Below are positions 54,584-64,000 of a DNA stretch of 64,000 nucleotides, one piece after another (position 1 is the stretch's first letter; every line of letters begins with the position of its first letter). Source of the DNA: Candidatus Lustribacter sp. (GTDB taxonomy: Bacteria > Vulcanimicrobiota > Vulcanimicrobiia > Vulcanimicrobiales > Vulcanimicrobiaceae); contig OZ255842.1 in the NCBI GenBank assembly GCA_965277805.1, positions 3,584,001 through 3,648,000 on the forward strand, written 5' to 3'. The position numbers and the translations under genes are program-made. Under the pieces are notes generated by a model that worked only from the letters and a program-made list of their open reading frames with translations, ran no database searches and was not told the origin of the DNA.

Positions 54584-57196
54584 CTAGAATCGGACCGCGA
54601 AGTCGACCGCTTCACGATTTTGGCTATAGTTGAACGCCGGCACGACGTAGTCGGTGTACTGCTGGTTGCCGAAGAGCACGCCGATGGATTGCGTCGTGCG
54701 CGGAATCGTGTAATTCAAACTCGCCGATGCGTCGTTCTTGTGCTGCGCGATATTTTGACCGAGCGTCGTACCGTACGAGCCGTGATAGGTCTGCATGTCG
54801 TACACCGCATTGAAGGTGAGATGACGCGTGAGTGGGACCGACACCGACGGCGCGATCGTGCCGTGATACTCATCGACGAAGTTCGGATAGAACAGCACCG
54901 GCGTGGCGCCGCCCGCGAGGTAAGCGTTGTCCGCCGCACTGGCAGCAGAATCGGCGCTGCCGCTCGCGAGATTGAACGGCACGTAGGCATACGCGGTCTG
55001 GTCGCGGCGCGAGAGGTGTTCGGTGCCGATCGTCAAGTTCGCAGTGGCGCGCGAGCCGTGCAGCGGCAGGCCGAGCTGGAAACCACCCTCGAGTTTATCG
55101 AACTTCGCCGCCGTGCCGGATGCGAAACCCGGACCGTAGGTGATCTGTCCGAACGCATCGGGCGTTATCTCGGAGAGCCGTTGCGCGCGAACGAACACCG
55201 AGTTGCCCCACACCGCGTTGCCGATCGGAATCGTCAGCTCGCCGGAGAAGCCGCGCGTATTGGGCGCGTAATTGCTGAAGAATTCCGGTCCGCTGGCGGC
55301 AAACGGATTGAAGACCGGATAGATATAGGTCAATGCCGGATTGCGGCTCGTGCACGCGGTGGTGCAGCCGGGCGTCACGGCGCCGTCGAACGTTTGATTG
55401 ATGGCGAGGTTGTTCGCGAAGCCGAAGAAGCCGGGCATGAAGGTGCCGCGCCACCCGGCGAACGTTGCCGGCGCGGGCCCGAGATATTCGAGCGGTCCGC
55501 CGTCGAGGAAGTTTGCGCCCACGGCCTGATACTGAACGGTCGCACGCGCGCCGAACGCGCGCAGGCGCAGTCCTAGTACCGCGGCACTATCGGTAACCGG
55601 AGCGAGGTTGAACGCATCGGGCGTGTACTTGCTGTAGGCACCTTCGGCGTAGAGCACCGGCTGCACCGCGCGCACGACACCCGCCGGGACGAACGTAAGC
55701 GGAATGCGCGCGTCCACACCCATGACCGTGTCGCTGAGCGCGCCGTAGCCATTGCCGAAGTACGTGGGAACGGTCGGCGAGGTGCCGGCGTCGACGATGC
55801 GGCTGAGCGAGAAGCCGACTTCGGTGCCGGGCAGCAGCGGAATTTCTTGGTTCACGCGCGCGGTGAAATGCTCGCGCGTGTAGCCGAATTGCGATGGGCC
55901 GGCACTACTCCCGGTGCCGGCGCCGGTGTTGTACGAGACTTGGACGATCGAGCCGGCGGGCAGCGGCGCTTGAAAGACGACCTGGTTCGTTTGATCGATG
56001 TAATACCAGGTGCCGGGGCGGATCGGGCACGGCGCACCGCCGGGCGTGAGACCGGCCGGCGTGCAGACGGTGCCGTTGACCGCCGAGATGTAGACGCTGC
56101 CGATCGCCGCCTTCTGGCTCAGATAGAGCGAGGGAACGGGGCCGGCACTAGCCGTGTACGTATCGGTGTGCACCGTCCCCGTCAGCGCCGTCGCCGCGCC
56201 GCTTTGAAAGTAGCTCGACTGACCGGGCGTGACGGTCAAGAAGTAGTTGTTGTAGGGCGCGCCCGGAAACGTGTCGACCATCGACTGATCGATCGTCGAC
56301 CACGCAACTTGAAACTGCGTCGTTCGGCCGAGCCGGCCCCCGAGTTCGATGCCGTTTTCATACGGCTGCGCGGGATTTTGGAAATCGCCGCCCTGCTTCG
56401 TGGCATCGGGCGCGCTGTAGGTGAGGCCGAGGCGCGATGATGCGAGATTGTCGAGCTGTCCGCCGCGCACGTAGAAGTCGTGCAGCCCGGCGAAGTGCCC
56501 CACGTTCAGGACGAGCGCCGGCTCGAAGACGTAACCGCCGGGCGAGGTGAACGGACTATCGTACTGCTGCACGTGGATCGGCAGCGAAAGCGCGACGTTT
56601 TCGTTGAAAGCGTACGTCGGGCTGACCTTCGTATCGAAACGCAGGACGTTCGTATTCGGCTGGTGGTCGAAGGGATCGTTATCGGCCGGGCTCGTCAAGT
56701 AGGCGTTGATGAACGGGTCGAGATCGGTCCCCGTCATTGCCGGATGCAGGATCACATCTCGGAACGACTGGTCCGCGACCACCGCGCCTTGCACGGAGAA
56801 ACCTTGCTGCGAGGGCCGCTGACCGGCCGGCAGCAACGCGTCGCTCACCGACGTGATGCGAACGCCGATCAGCACGAGTTCGTAGCGGTAGTCGTCTGCG
56901 AGACGCTGCAGGCGCGCGAGATCCGCACGCGAGACATTGCCGGCGCGCCGAGCTTTGGCGATCGCGCGCGCGATCAGCTTCGCCACGTCGGCCCGCGTGC
57001 GCGGACGATCGCCGCGAAATGCGTGATCGGGATAGCCGTCGAGCAGACCGTCGGCGGCCAGTTTGTCGATCGCCGCGTACGTCCACGGTTCGGGAATTTC
57101 GTACGAGGGCGCCGCGGCTGCGGTCAGCGTTGCGGCGCCGAACAGCGCGGCCGAAACGGACGCTGCGCTGATGAGGGAAGCGATGCGGTTGATCAT
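54584..57196 (-). CDS. SLH-domain outer-membrane beta-barrel (OmpM-like architecture)
   Basis: Signal peptide; SLH WTYAAIDKLAADGLLDGYPDHAFRGDRPRTRADVA; coiled coil; long beta-rich body ending in VDFAVRF. Confidence 0.8.
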   Translation of the reverse strand: MINRIASLISAASVSAALFGAATLTAAAAPSYEIPEPWTYAAIDKLAADGLLDGYPDHAFRGDRPRTRADVAKLIARAIAKARRAGNVSRADLARLQRLADDYRYELVLIGVRITSVSDALLPAGQRPSQQGFSVQGAVVADQSFRDVILHPAMTGTDLDPFINAYLTSPADNDPFDHQPNTNVLRFDTKVSPTYAFNENVALSLPIHVQQYDSPFTSPGGYVFEPALVLNVGHFAGLHDFYVRGGQLDNLASSRLGLTYSAPDATKQGGDFQNPAQPYENGIELGGRLGRTTQFQVAWSTIDQSMVDTFPGAPYNNYFLTVTPGQSSYFQSGAATALTGTVHTDTYTASAGPVPSLYLSQKAAIGSVYISAVNGTVCTPAGLTPGGAPCPIRPGTWYYIDQTNQVVFQAPLPAGSIVQVSYNTGAGTGSSAGPSQFGYTREHFTARVNQEIPLLPGTEVGFSLSRIVDAGTSPTVPTYFGNGYGALSDTVMGVDARIPLTFVPAGVVRAVQPVLYAEGAYSKYTPDAFNLAPVTDSAAVLGLRLRAFGARATVQYQAVGANFLDGGPLEYLGPAPATFAGWRGTFMPGFFGFANNLAINQTFDGAVTPGCTTACTSRNPALTYIYPVFNPFAASGPEFFSNYAPNTRGFSGELTIPIGNAVWGNSVFVRAQRLSEITPDAFGQITYGPGFASGTAAKFDKLEGGFQLGLPLHGSRATANLTIGTEHLSRRDQTAYAYVPFNLASGSADSAASAADNAYLAGGATPVLFYPNFVDEYHGTIAPSVSVPLTRHLTFNAVYDMQTYHGSYGTTLGQNIAQHKNDASASLNYTIPRTTQSIGVLFGNQQYTDYVVPAFNYSQNREAVDFAVRF

Positions 57197-57205
57197 GGTC
57201 TCCCC

Positions 57206-57805
57206 TTACTGCAGCGGGTTTTGCGGATCGGTAACCGCAACGGTGATGGAGCCGCCGGCGCCGGTGGTCGCCGGGGTCGTATTACCGATGACGACGTTGG
57301 CGGTAACCGTCACGCAGTACGGATATGTCGTCGTAAGCGTTGAGCCGGCGGGCGCCGGAATCGTGGGCGGCGGGCTGAACAGCACGTTCGCTTCGTTGGT
57401 CGGATCGATCGTGATGTAGATCGAGAAGTCGGTCGTGTACGGCGTCGTGACGCCGCCCGTCGTCCTCGTAATCGTCGCGCATGCTCGCGTATCGCCGGCT
57501 GCATCGTAGGCGTACGTTCCGCCCGAGACGAGCGTCGCGCTCCAGAGGAACCGGTTGTTGCTGAGGATGCCGTTCGTTGATCCCGCCGTCGCGACCGCAG
57601 CGAGTGCGAGGCTGCCGCCGGGAACGACTCGCGCAACATTGACCGGCGCGGCAACGCTGACGGAGACGTTGCTCGGCGTTTGATTCGATGTGGTGCTTAG
57701 CACTGCGCCGCCGTTGCCGCACGCACTCAGCGCGCCAACAGCAAACGCTGCAGCTACCCATAACATGAAGCGATGCATACGGGCCCGCCGGTTCGCATGC
57801 ATCAT
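57206..57805 (-). CDS. Thr-rich lipoprotein
   Basis: Lipobox LSACG; AAGGAG RBS 5 nt upstream of the ATG. Confidence 0.7.
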   Translation of the reverse strand: MMHANRRARMHRFMLWVAAAFAVGALSACGNGGAVLSTTSNQTPSNVSVSVAAPVNVARVVPGGSLALAAVATAGSTNGILSNNRFLWSATLVSGGTYAYDAAGDTRACATITRTTGGVTTPYTTDFSIYITIDPTNEANVLFSPPPTIPAPAGSTLTTTYPYCVTVTANVVIGNTTPATTGAGGSITVAVTDPQNPLQ

Positions 57806-57885
57806 CTGCGCTCCTTTCGATTTTTTGAAAGGAGAATATCCGACTTTTCGGAGTATGCGGAGAGCGCTGCCGGGCGCTCGCCTGC

Positions 57886-58098
57886 TTAATTCGACTTCGA
57901 GACGATCACTAAACTATGGCCGTCGTGGCGTTCGAGAAACTCCATGCCGTCCATAATCCACGTGTCGAGGCCGCCACTCACGTGCTTGAGCACTTCACGC
58001 ACGAGGTGACGGCGATTGCGCAGCCACGTCAGCTCCGTGCGCGTCGTTGCGAGCCACACGGCTTCCTCGCACTCCTCGCACTGATACCCGACGCGCAC
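57886..58098 (-). CDS. Small CxxC protein (70 aa)
   Basis: YQCEECEEAVWL...FLERHDGH; starts 2 bp after the sucD stop. Confidence 0.6.
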   Translation of the reverse strand: MRVGYQCEECEEAVWLATTRTELTWLRNRRHLVREVLKHVSGGLDTWIMDGMEFLERHDGHSLVIVSKSN

Positions 58099-58100
58099 GC

Positions 58101-58982
58101 CTACGCGCGAACGGTTTTGAGACGTTCGGCGAGCAGCTTCGGAATGTCCGACGGACGGTCGGCAACGGGCGCGCCGATCGCTTCGAACGCTTTGACCTTG
58201 CTCTCCGGCGTGCCGGTGTTGCCCGAGATAATCGCGCCGGCGTGACCCAGCCGCGCACCCTTCGGAGCCGAGCGGCCGCCGATGAACGCGACGACCGGCT
58301 TGTTCGGCATGTGCTTGCCGATGAATTCCGCCGCCGCTTCTTCCGCCGCGCCGCCGATTTCGCCGGCCACGACGACCGCGTGCGTTTCCGGATCGTTGGC
58401 GAACTCGCGCAGGCAGTCGACGAACGACGTGCCGATGATCGTATCGCCGCCGATGCCGACGCAGGTCGACTGACCGAGGCCCGCGCGCGTGAGACCGTCG
58501 ACGATTTCATACGTCAGCGTTCCCGAACGCGAGATCATCCCGACGTTACCGGCCTTGAACACTTGGCTCGGCATGATGCCGACGAGCGACTTGCCGGGCG
58601 AAATCACGCCCGGGCAATTGGGCCCGATGATGCGCATGCCTTTGGTCGTCGCGACGACCTTGAGCATCTCGTGCACCGGAATGCCCTCGGTGATGCACAC
58701 CGCGAACTCGATGCCCGCATCGTAGGCTTCATAGAGCGCATCGGAGCCGGCCTGCGGCGGAACGAAGATGATCGAGTGCGTGGCACCGGTCGCGTCGACC
58801 GCATCTTTGACCGTGTTGAACACCGGCTGACCGGTCTCGATCTTGGTGCCGCCCTTGCCGGGCGTGACGCCGCCGACGATGTTCGTGCCGTACGCGATCA
58901 TCTTTTGCGTGTGGAAGAGGCCTTCGCGGCCGGTGATCCCTTGAACGATCACCTTAGAGTTCTTATCGAGGAAGATCGCCAC
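58101..58982 (-). CDS. sucD: Succinyl-CoA ligase alpha subunit
   Basis: [38 protein letters not shown]. Confidence 0.97.
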   Translation of the reverse strand: MAIFLDKNSKVIVQGITGREGLFHTQKMIAYGTNIVGGVTPGKGGTKIETGQPVFNTVKDAVDATGATHSIIFVPPQAGSDALYEAYDAGIEFAVCITEGIPVHEMLKVVATTKGMRIIGPNCPGVISPGKSLVGIMPSQVFKAGNVGMISRSGTLTYEIVDGLTRAGLGQSTCVGIGGDTIIGTSFVDCLREFANDPETHAVVVAGEIGGAAEEAAAEFIGKHMPNKPVVAFIGGRSAPKGARLGHAGAIISGNTGTPESKVKAFEAIGAPVADRPSDIPKLLAERLKTVRA

Positions 58983-58984
58983 GG

Positions 58985-60175
58985 CTACTTCGCACCTTTC
59001 GTGAGCGCGACAGCTTTGGCCGCACCTTCATCCATCGTTTCGACCGGATAGAATCCGGCGTCGGCCAAAATCTTGCGGCCCTCTTCAGCGTTCGTGCCGG
59101 TCAAGCGAATGACCATCGGCACCTTACGCACGTCGTCGCCCTTGAGCGCATCGACGATGCCGAGCGCAACTTGATCGCCGCGCGTGATCCCGCCGAAGAT
59201 GTTGATGAACATCGCCTTGACCCGCGGATCGCTCGTGACGAGGTTGTAGCTCTTTTTCACGAGGTCGGCTTGCGCGCCGCCGCCGATATCGAGGAAGTTC
59301 GTCGCGCCGCCGCCGGCGTTTTTGACCGCGTCCATCGTGCCCATGCCGAGGCCGGCACCGTTCGCGATCGTGCCGATTTCTTTGGCCGGCTCGCCCGCTT
59401 CATCGAGCAGTTTCTTATAGTTGAACATGCCGAGCCCGATCGCGAGCGCGGCTTCCTGATCCTCATCCGACGGTGCGGCTTTGTTCCAGGCCTGCACGTC
59501 GGGATGTTTCCAGAGGCCGTTGTCGTCGAGGTCGACCTTCGCATCGGCCGCGATCACGGTGCCTTCTTTGGTGAGGACGAGCGGGTTGATCTCGAGCAAG
59601 TTCGCGCCGTACGTCATGAACAGTTCGTAGAGTCCGGCGCAAATTTTCGGGAACGTCTTGCCGTAACCGGCCGGCAGCCCCGCGGCGAAGAACAGCGAGC
59701 GCGCGATGTAGGGCGAGAAGCCGATCGCCGGATCGACTTCGTACTTCACGATCGCATCCGGATCGTGCTCGGCGACTTCTTCGACGTCCATGCCGCCCTT
59801 GGCGCTGCAGATGAACACCGGCCGGCGCGCGTCGCGATCGACCGTGATCGAGATGTACGCCTCGCTCTCGATGTTCGTCTTCTCTTCGACCAGCAGCGAC
59901 TTCACCGTCTCCCCGTCGGGATTTTGAATCGAGACGAGGTGCTTGCCGATCAATTCTTTCGCGAGCGTTTCGCCTTCAGCGGCAGTGTCGGCGAATTTGA
60001 TGCCGCCCGCTTTGCCGCGGCCGCCCATCATGACTTGGCTCTTGAGGACCCACGAACCGGGGTTCTTCTCGATGAACGCCTTGACTTCGGCGGGCGTGGT
60101 GGCAAAGACGCCGTTCGGGGTCGGGATACCGACGCGCCGGAACAGGTCCTTGCCCTGATATTCGATCAATTTCAT
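58985..60175 (-). CDS. sucC: Succinyl-CoA ligase beta subunit
   Basis: MKLIEYQGK, GGRGKAGG, EINPL, NGAGLGMGTMD, NFLDIGGG, NIFGGI, RLTGTN. Confidence 0.97.
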   Translation of the reverse strand: MKLIEYQGKDLFRRVGIPTPNGVFATTPAEVKAFIEKNPGSWVLKSQVMMGGRGKAGGIKFADTAAEGETLAKELIGKHLVSIQNPDGETVKSLLVEEKTNIESEAYISITVDRDARRPVFICSAKGGMDVEEVAEHDPDAIVKYEVDPAIGFSPYIARSLFFAAGLPAGYGKTFPKICAGLYELFMTYGANLLEINPLVLTKEGTVIAADAKVDLDDNGLWKHPDVQAWNKAAPSDEDQEAALAIGLGMFNYKKLLDEAGEPAKEIGTIANGAGLGMGTMDAVKNAGGGATNFLDIGGGAQADLVKKSYNLVTSDPRVKAMFINIFGGITRGDQVALGIVDALKGDDVRKVPMVIRLTGTNAEEGRKILADAGFYPVETMDEGAAKAVALTKGAK

Positions 60176-60227
60176 GGCCCGAGTCGGTTCCCCGGACGTC
60201 CCGGCGCACCCTGGACGACTTAGGTCG

Positions 60228-62018
60228 TCATCGAACCTGAAGCGGGATGACGAGCTTCTCGGTGTCGTTGGGATGGAAATCGGGAATGCGATTGAGGAAC
60301 GGCGTCAACGTGAGACGGTACGTGCCTGGAACGGCCGGCGCGACCACCCTCCCGAGGGCGTACGCCGTTTCGCCTTGCGCAATCGTGTCCGGAACGAACA
60401 GTATCGCCGCCGCGCTCGCCGGACCGGACACATCCACACGAACGCGCGCTTGGCCGTTCCAGTATCCGGAGCGGTAACCATACAAGCGAGACGAACCTCG
60501 ATTTTGCAGCGTCGCGACGAGCGCGATCGGCTCGCCCGCGCTTGCGGTGAGCACCCGCGCCGGTTCCATACCGGCTTCACGAACGCTGGTCGGCGCGAAT
60601 GCGACGTGCGCGAGATATTGCGGCACGTCGAGCCGGTTGCGCTGGAACTTGCGGAATGTCGCGGCGGCGTCCCGCTGCACCTGACTGTCGTTGACAATCC
60701 ACACCCGCGCCGGATCGATGTCGATGTCGACCGGGATTCCGCTCCACTGACTTTCCTCTTCACCATTCGCGCCGGCGAATTGAACCCCGACGGACGCAAA
60801 CAGCAGCACCACGAACGCCGCGGAGACGACGGTGCGAGCGAGGCTACCGCGCCAGAACTCGAACGGCTTCTCCGGCAGAACGTAAATGAGCAGCAGCGCT
60901 CCGATACCGGCGATGTCCGTCAGGTAGCGAGCGCCGAACGACGCGCCGCCCCACCATCCGGTGAAGAAGCTGTATTGCAGGATCAAGACGGCGGCCGCCG
61001 CCGTAAGAGCGAGCACCAAGCGCGCGGGCGCCGTACGGGCACGAGCGGCATACCACACGCCTGCGACCGAAAACACGAACAGGGGTGTAAAGACGAAAAG
61101 CCCTTTCCCCGGACTGATCAGCAAGCCGACTAGGCTTTCGGCAAACTGCGCGAGCGTGACGACGTAGCGCGGACCGAGCCCGCCGTAACCGCCGATCAGC
61201 GTACCGAACGAGTACTCATTCCATAGCGCTCCGGGCGCGAGGCCGATCGCCGTTCCGACGGCAAACGGCCACGAACTCCGGCGAAATTCCCAGACCGTAA
61301 ACGCGAACGCAGCGACGAGAAAGAGCGCCGCCGTCGGGCGCACCACCGGCAAGAAGCCCGCGCAAACGCCGGCGAAAAACAGCCACCACCCAAGCGACCT
61401 GCCGCGCGCGCGCGTGGCGGCGAGCAACGCGCACGTCATCGTCAGCACAACGAGATTGACCGGCCCATGCTGCCACAACGCTTGCGAGCCGATCGTCCAC
61501 ATTTCCGTGCCGGCCGCGAAGAACACGGTGACGATCAGCGCGCGCGTGAGGCCGCCGATCTGGCGAGCGCAGAGAAACATCATCACCGCGGCAAGCGCCG
61601 CGAGCGACATTGCGGCCAACTTCTCGTAATGAACGCGAACGCGTTCGAAGTCGACGGACGTTATGTCGACCGGTTGATGCTTTGCGTGTAACTGGGCGTC
61701 GAAGGCCGCATACAGCAGCGCGCTCAGCAGCGCCGTACCGATCGGGAAAAACGAGGTGATTTGGCCGGCTCGGCCCGGCACAAAGATATATGAAGCGCCG
61801 AAACCCTGAAAGTAGCTGGTGCGAAAGTCGTCAAATTCGAGCTCGTGATGTTCGAGCACGTTGAACGTCCACAGCGAGTTCGGCGCACTGTCGAAGGTGT
61901 AGATGTAGGTATCGCCGTTCGAGCGGTAGAGCGCGAGGCACGCAACGACGATCAAGACCGAAATCGCGACGTTTTGCCGGATGACGGACTGCCGGAGGCG
62001 TTGGACGAGCCTATTCAC
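60228..62018 (-). CDS. Polytopic membrane protein, GT-C-like glycosyltransferase with a C-terminal Ig-like domain
   Basis: SFFPIGTALL, SQALWQHG, LLISPGKGLFVFTP, WWGGASFGARYL; beta-rich tail VVAPAVPGTYRL. Confidence 0.6.
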   Translation of the reverse strand: MNRLVQRLRQSVIRQNVAISVLIVVACLALYRSNGDTYIYTFDSAPNSLWTFNVLEHHELEFDDFRTSYFQGFGASYIFVPGRAGQITSFFPIGTALLSALLYAAFDAQLHAKHQPVDITSVDFERVRVHYEKLAAMSLAALAAVMMFLCARQIGGLTRALIVTVFFAAGTEMWTIGSQALWQHGPVNLVVLTMTCALLAATRARGRSLGWWLFFAGVCAGFLPVVRPTAALFLVAAFAFTVWEFRRSSWPFAVGTAIGLAPGALWNEYSFGTLIGGYGGLGPRYVVTLAQFAESLVGLLISPGKGLFVFTPLFVFSVAGVWYAARARTAPARLVLALTAAAAVLILQYSFFTGWWGGASFGARYLTDIAGIGALLLIYVLPEKPFEFWRGSLARTVVSAAFVVLLFASVGVQFAGANGEEESQWSGIPVDIDIDPARVWIVNDSQVQRDAAATFRKFQRNRLDVPQYLAHVAFAPTSVREAGMEPARVLTASAGEPIALVATLQNRGSSRLYGYRSGYWNGQARVRVDVSGPASAAAILFVPDTIAQGETAYALGRVVAPAVPGTYRLTLTPFLNRIPDFHPNDTEKLVIPLQVR

Positions 62019-63159
62019 CCAGGCGGCCGACCAGATCGCGGGAGATGATCACTTGCTGTATCTCTGAGGTGCCCTCGTAGATCTCGGTGATTTTGGCATC
62101 GCGGTAATAGCGCTCGACCGGGAACTCCGTCGTGTAGCCGTAGCCGCCGTGAATTTGCACGGCTTCGGAGGCGTGCGTCCGTGCGGCGGTCGATGCGAAG
62201 AGCTTGGCCTTGCTCGCGGCGATCGTGAAGGGTTCACCGGCGTCGCACAACGCGGCGGCGCGATAGGTCAGCAAGCGCGCCGCATCCAGATCGGTTGCCA
62301 TCTGCGCGATCTTGAACGCGATGCCTTCGAACGCGCCGATCTTCCGTCCGAATGCGACACGCTCGGTGGCGAACTTCACCGATGCATCGAGGCACGCGGC
62401 GAGAATCCCCACGGCCTGCGACGCGATGCCGATACGGCCCGCGCCCAAGGTCGCGAGCGCCGAGGTAAAGCCCGTGCCCTCGACACCGATCCGCGCGCTC
62501 GCCGGCACGCGCACGTCGGTGAACACGAGATCGACCGTGTTGCTCGTATGGATGCCGAGTTTTTCGGTGACTTTCTCCACCTCGACACCCGGCAGCGACA
62601 TATCGATGAGAAATGCCGAGATACCGTGCGCGCCGGCGTCGCCGGTGCGGAACATCGCCATGACGACGGCGGCGTAACCGCCGTTCGTGCACCACTGCTT
62701 GCGGCCGTTGAGGACGTAGTTCTCGCCGTCGGGCACCGCGCGCGAACGGATCGCCGCCGCGTCGGAGCCGGCATCGGGTTCGGTCAGCGCAAAGCCCGCG
62801 AGCGCGTCCTTGGTCGCGAGTTCCGGTAACCAGCGCTCGCGCTGTTCTTCGCTGCCGAGCTTCGCGATCGCATTGCAGATCATCGAATGCACCGAGAGCG
62901 TCGTCGCCGTGCCCGCATCGACGCGCGCGATCTCTTCGATCGTCAGCGCGTAGCTGACGTAGTCCGCCGCGCTGCCGCCGTACGCTTCGGGAACTTGCAA
63001 CCCCATGAGCCCGGCATCGGTGAGCGTCGTGAAGAGCGCACGCGGAAACGTATGCTCGCGGTCCCAGCCGGTGACGTGTGGCGCGATCTCGCGCACGGCA
63101 ATTTCGCGCGCAAGTTCACCGACCGCGCGCTGGTCGTCAGTCGGCTCGAACGGCGTCAC
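62011..63159 (-). CDS. Acyl-CoA dehydrogenase
   Basis: GTG at 63159; FALTEPDAGSDA, LNGRKQWCTNG, GRIGIASQAVG, QIHGGYGY, IYEGTSEIQ. Confidence 0.95.
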   Translation of the reverse strand: MTPFEPTDDQRAVGELAREIAVREIAPHVTGWDREHTFPRALFTTLTDAGLMGLQVPEAYGGSAADYVSYALTIEEIARVDAGTATTLSVHSMICNAIAKLGSEEQRERWLPELATKDALAGFALTEPDAGSDAAAIRSRAVPDGENYVLNGRKQWCTNGGYAAVVMAMFRTGDAGAHGISAFLIDMSLPGVEVEKVTEKLGIHTSNTVDLVFTDVRVPASARIGVEGTGFTSALATLGAGRIGIASQAVGILAACLDASVKFATERVAFGRKIGAFEGIAFKIAQMATDLDAARLLTYRAAALCDAGEPFTIAASKAKLFASTAARTHASEAVQIHGGYGYTTEFPVERYYRDAKITEIYEGTSEIQQVIISRDLVGRLGE

Positions 63160-64000
63160 ACCGCCGCCGGAACCGTTACCGTGCCGCGATAGTCGTAAAA
63201 GCCGCGGCCCGACTTCTTTCCGAGCCAGCCGGCGGCAACGTATTGCTTGAGCAAAGGGCACGCACGGTACTTCGAATCGCCGAAGCCGTCGTAGAGCACG
63301 TTCATGATCGCGAGACACGTATCGAGACCGATGAAGTCGGCCAACGTCAACGGACCCATCGGATGATTCATGCCCAGCTTCATCACGGTGTCGATCGCGT
63401 CGATCGACGCCACGCCTTCGTACACGGCGAAGATCGCTTCGTTGATCATCGGCATCAGGATCCGGTTGGCGATGAAGCCCGGGAAATCGCGCACTTCGAC
63501 CGGCGTCTTGCCGAGCGAGGTGGCCAGCTCGATGATCGCGCGCGCCGTGGCATCGCTCGTTGCGATGCCGCGAATCACTTCGACCAGCATCATGACCGGA
63601 ACCGGATTCATGAAGTGCATCCCGATCACACGTTCGGGCTTGCTCGTCGTCGCGCCGAGCGTGGTGATCGAGATCGAGCTCGTGTTGCTGGCGAGAATCG
63701 TGTCGGGCGCGGTGTTCTCATCGAGCCGGTGGAACAGATCGACCTTCGTATCGAAGTCTTCCGTCGCCGCCTCGATCGCGAGCGCCACGTCGAGATCCTC
63801 GAAGTGCGGACGCGCGTCGATGTGCTCGAGCACCTTGCCGCGCGCATCGGCCGTCATGCGGCCCTTGTCGACGTCGCGTTGCAAGCGCTTCGCGATGCCG
63901 TCGATGCCGCGCGCGATGCGCACCTCATCGACGTCGTTGAGTAGTACCTCGTGCCCGTGCATGGCAAAGACTTGCGCGATGCCGGCTCCCATCTGGCCGG
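63156..64000 (-). CDS. hbd: 3-hydroxybutyryl-CoA dehydrogenase (5' end beyond the window)
   Basis: GQMGAGIAQ, LASNTSSISIT, GMHFMNPVP, PGFIANR, HPMGPLTLADFIGLD, LGKKSGRGFY. Confidence 0.9.
   Translation of the reverse strand, partial: GQMGAGIAQVFAMHGHEVLLNDVDEVRIARGIDGIAKRLQRDVDKGRMTADARGKVLEHIDARPHFEDLDVALAIEAATEDFDTKVDLFHRLDENTAPDTILASNTSSISITTLGATTSKPERVIGMHFMNPVPVMMLVEVIRGIATSDATARAIIELATSLGKTPVEVRDFPGFIANRILMPMINEAIFAVYEGVASIDAIDTVMKLGMNHPMGPLTLADFIGLDTCLAIMNVLYDGFGDSKYRACPLLKQYVAAGWLGKKSGRGFYDYRGTVTVPAAV

Overview
GC-rich bacterial chromosome segment. It combines Terrabacteria traits (Cheo-type LexA boxes with a divergent lexA/yneA-like pair, Bacillus-order fla genes, SLH-domain protein) with outer-membrane beta-barrel candidates, which tentatively suggests a diderm such as Ca. 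Eremiobacterota. Bases 1-25,170 hold a minus-strand, strongly miniaturised flagellar/T3SS gene set: tiny FlgB-like, FlgC, FliE, a FliF fused to a FliG-middle-like domain, short FliH-like, FliI lacking its N-terminal domain, a short FliK-like protein, one rod/hook protein, FliM-like, FliN, FliP, FliQ, FliR and FlhB. A 12.7-kb plus-strand block separates fliP from fliQ; it contains a divergent LeuCD with a TctABC transporter and a 7-gene putative exopolysaccharide operon. A Crp/redoxin/protease block also interrupts the set. The rest holds rplM-rpsI, truA, greA-lysS (lysS has no canonical start codon at its homologous N-terminus), two APC permeases, a dus/aminotransferase/START/acyl-ACP-reductase-like operon, a ChrA pair, a Rieske oxygenase module, panC-coaBC-coaX, lexA, an SLH-porin/lipoprotein operon, sucCD and beta-oxidation genes. 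About ten copies of a 31-bp REP-like element are dispersed through the window, and base skew flips across at least one copy. No tRNA, rRNA, CRISPR array, integrase or transposase was recognised. All functional calls come from motif recognition by eye, without database searches.
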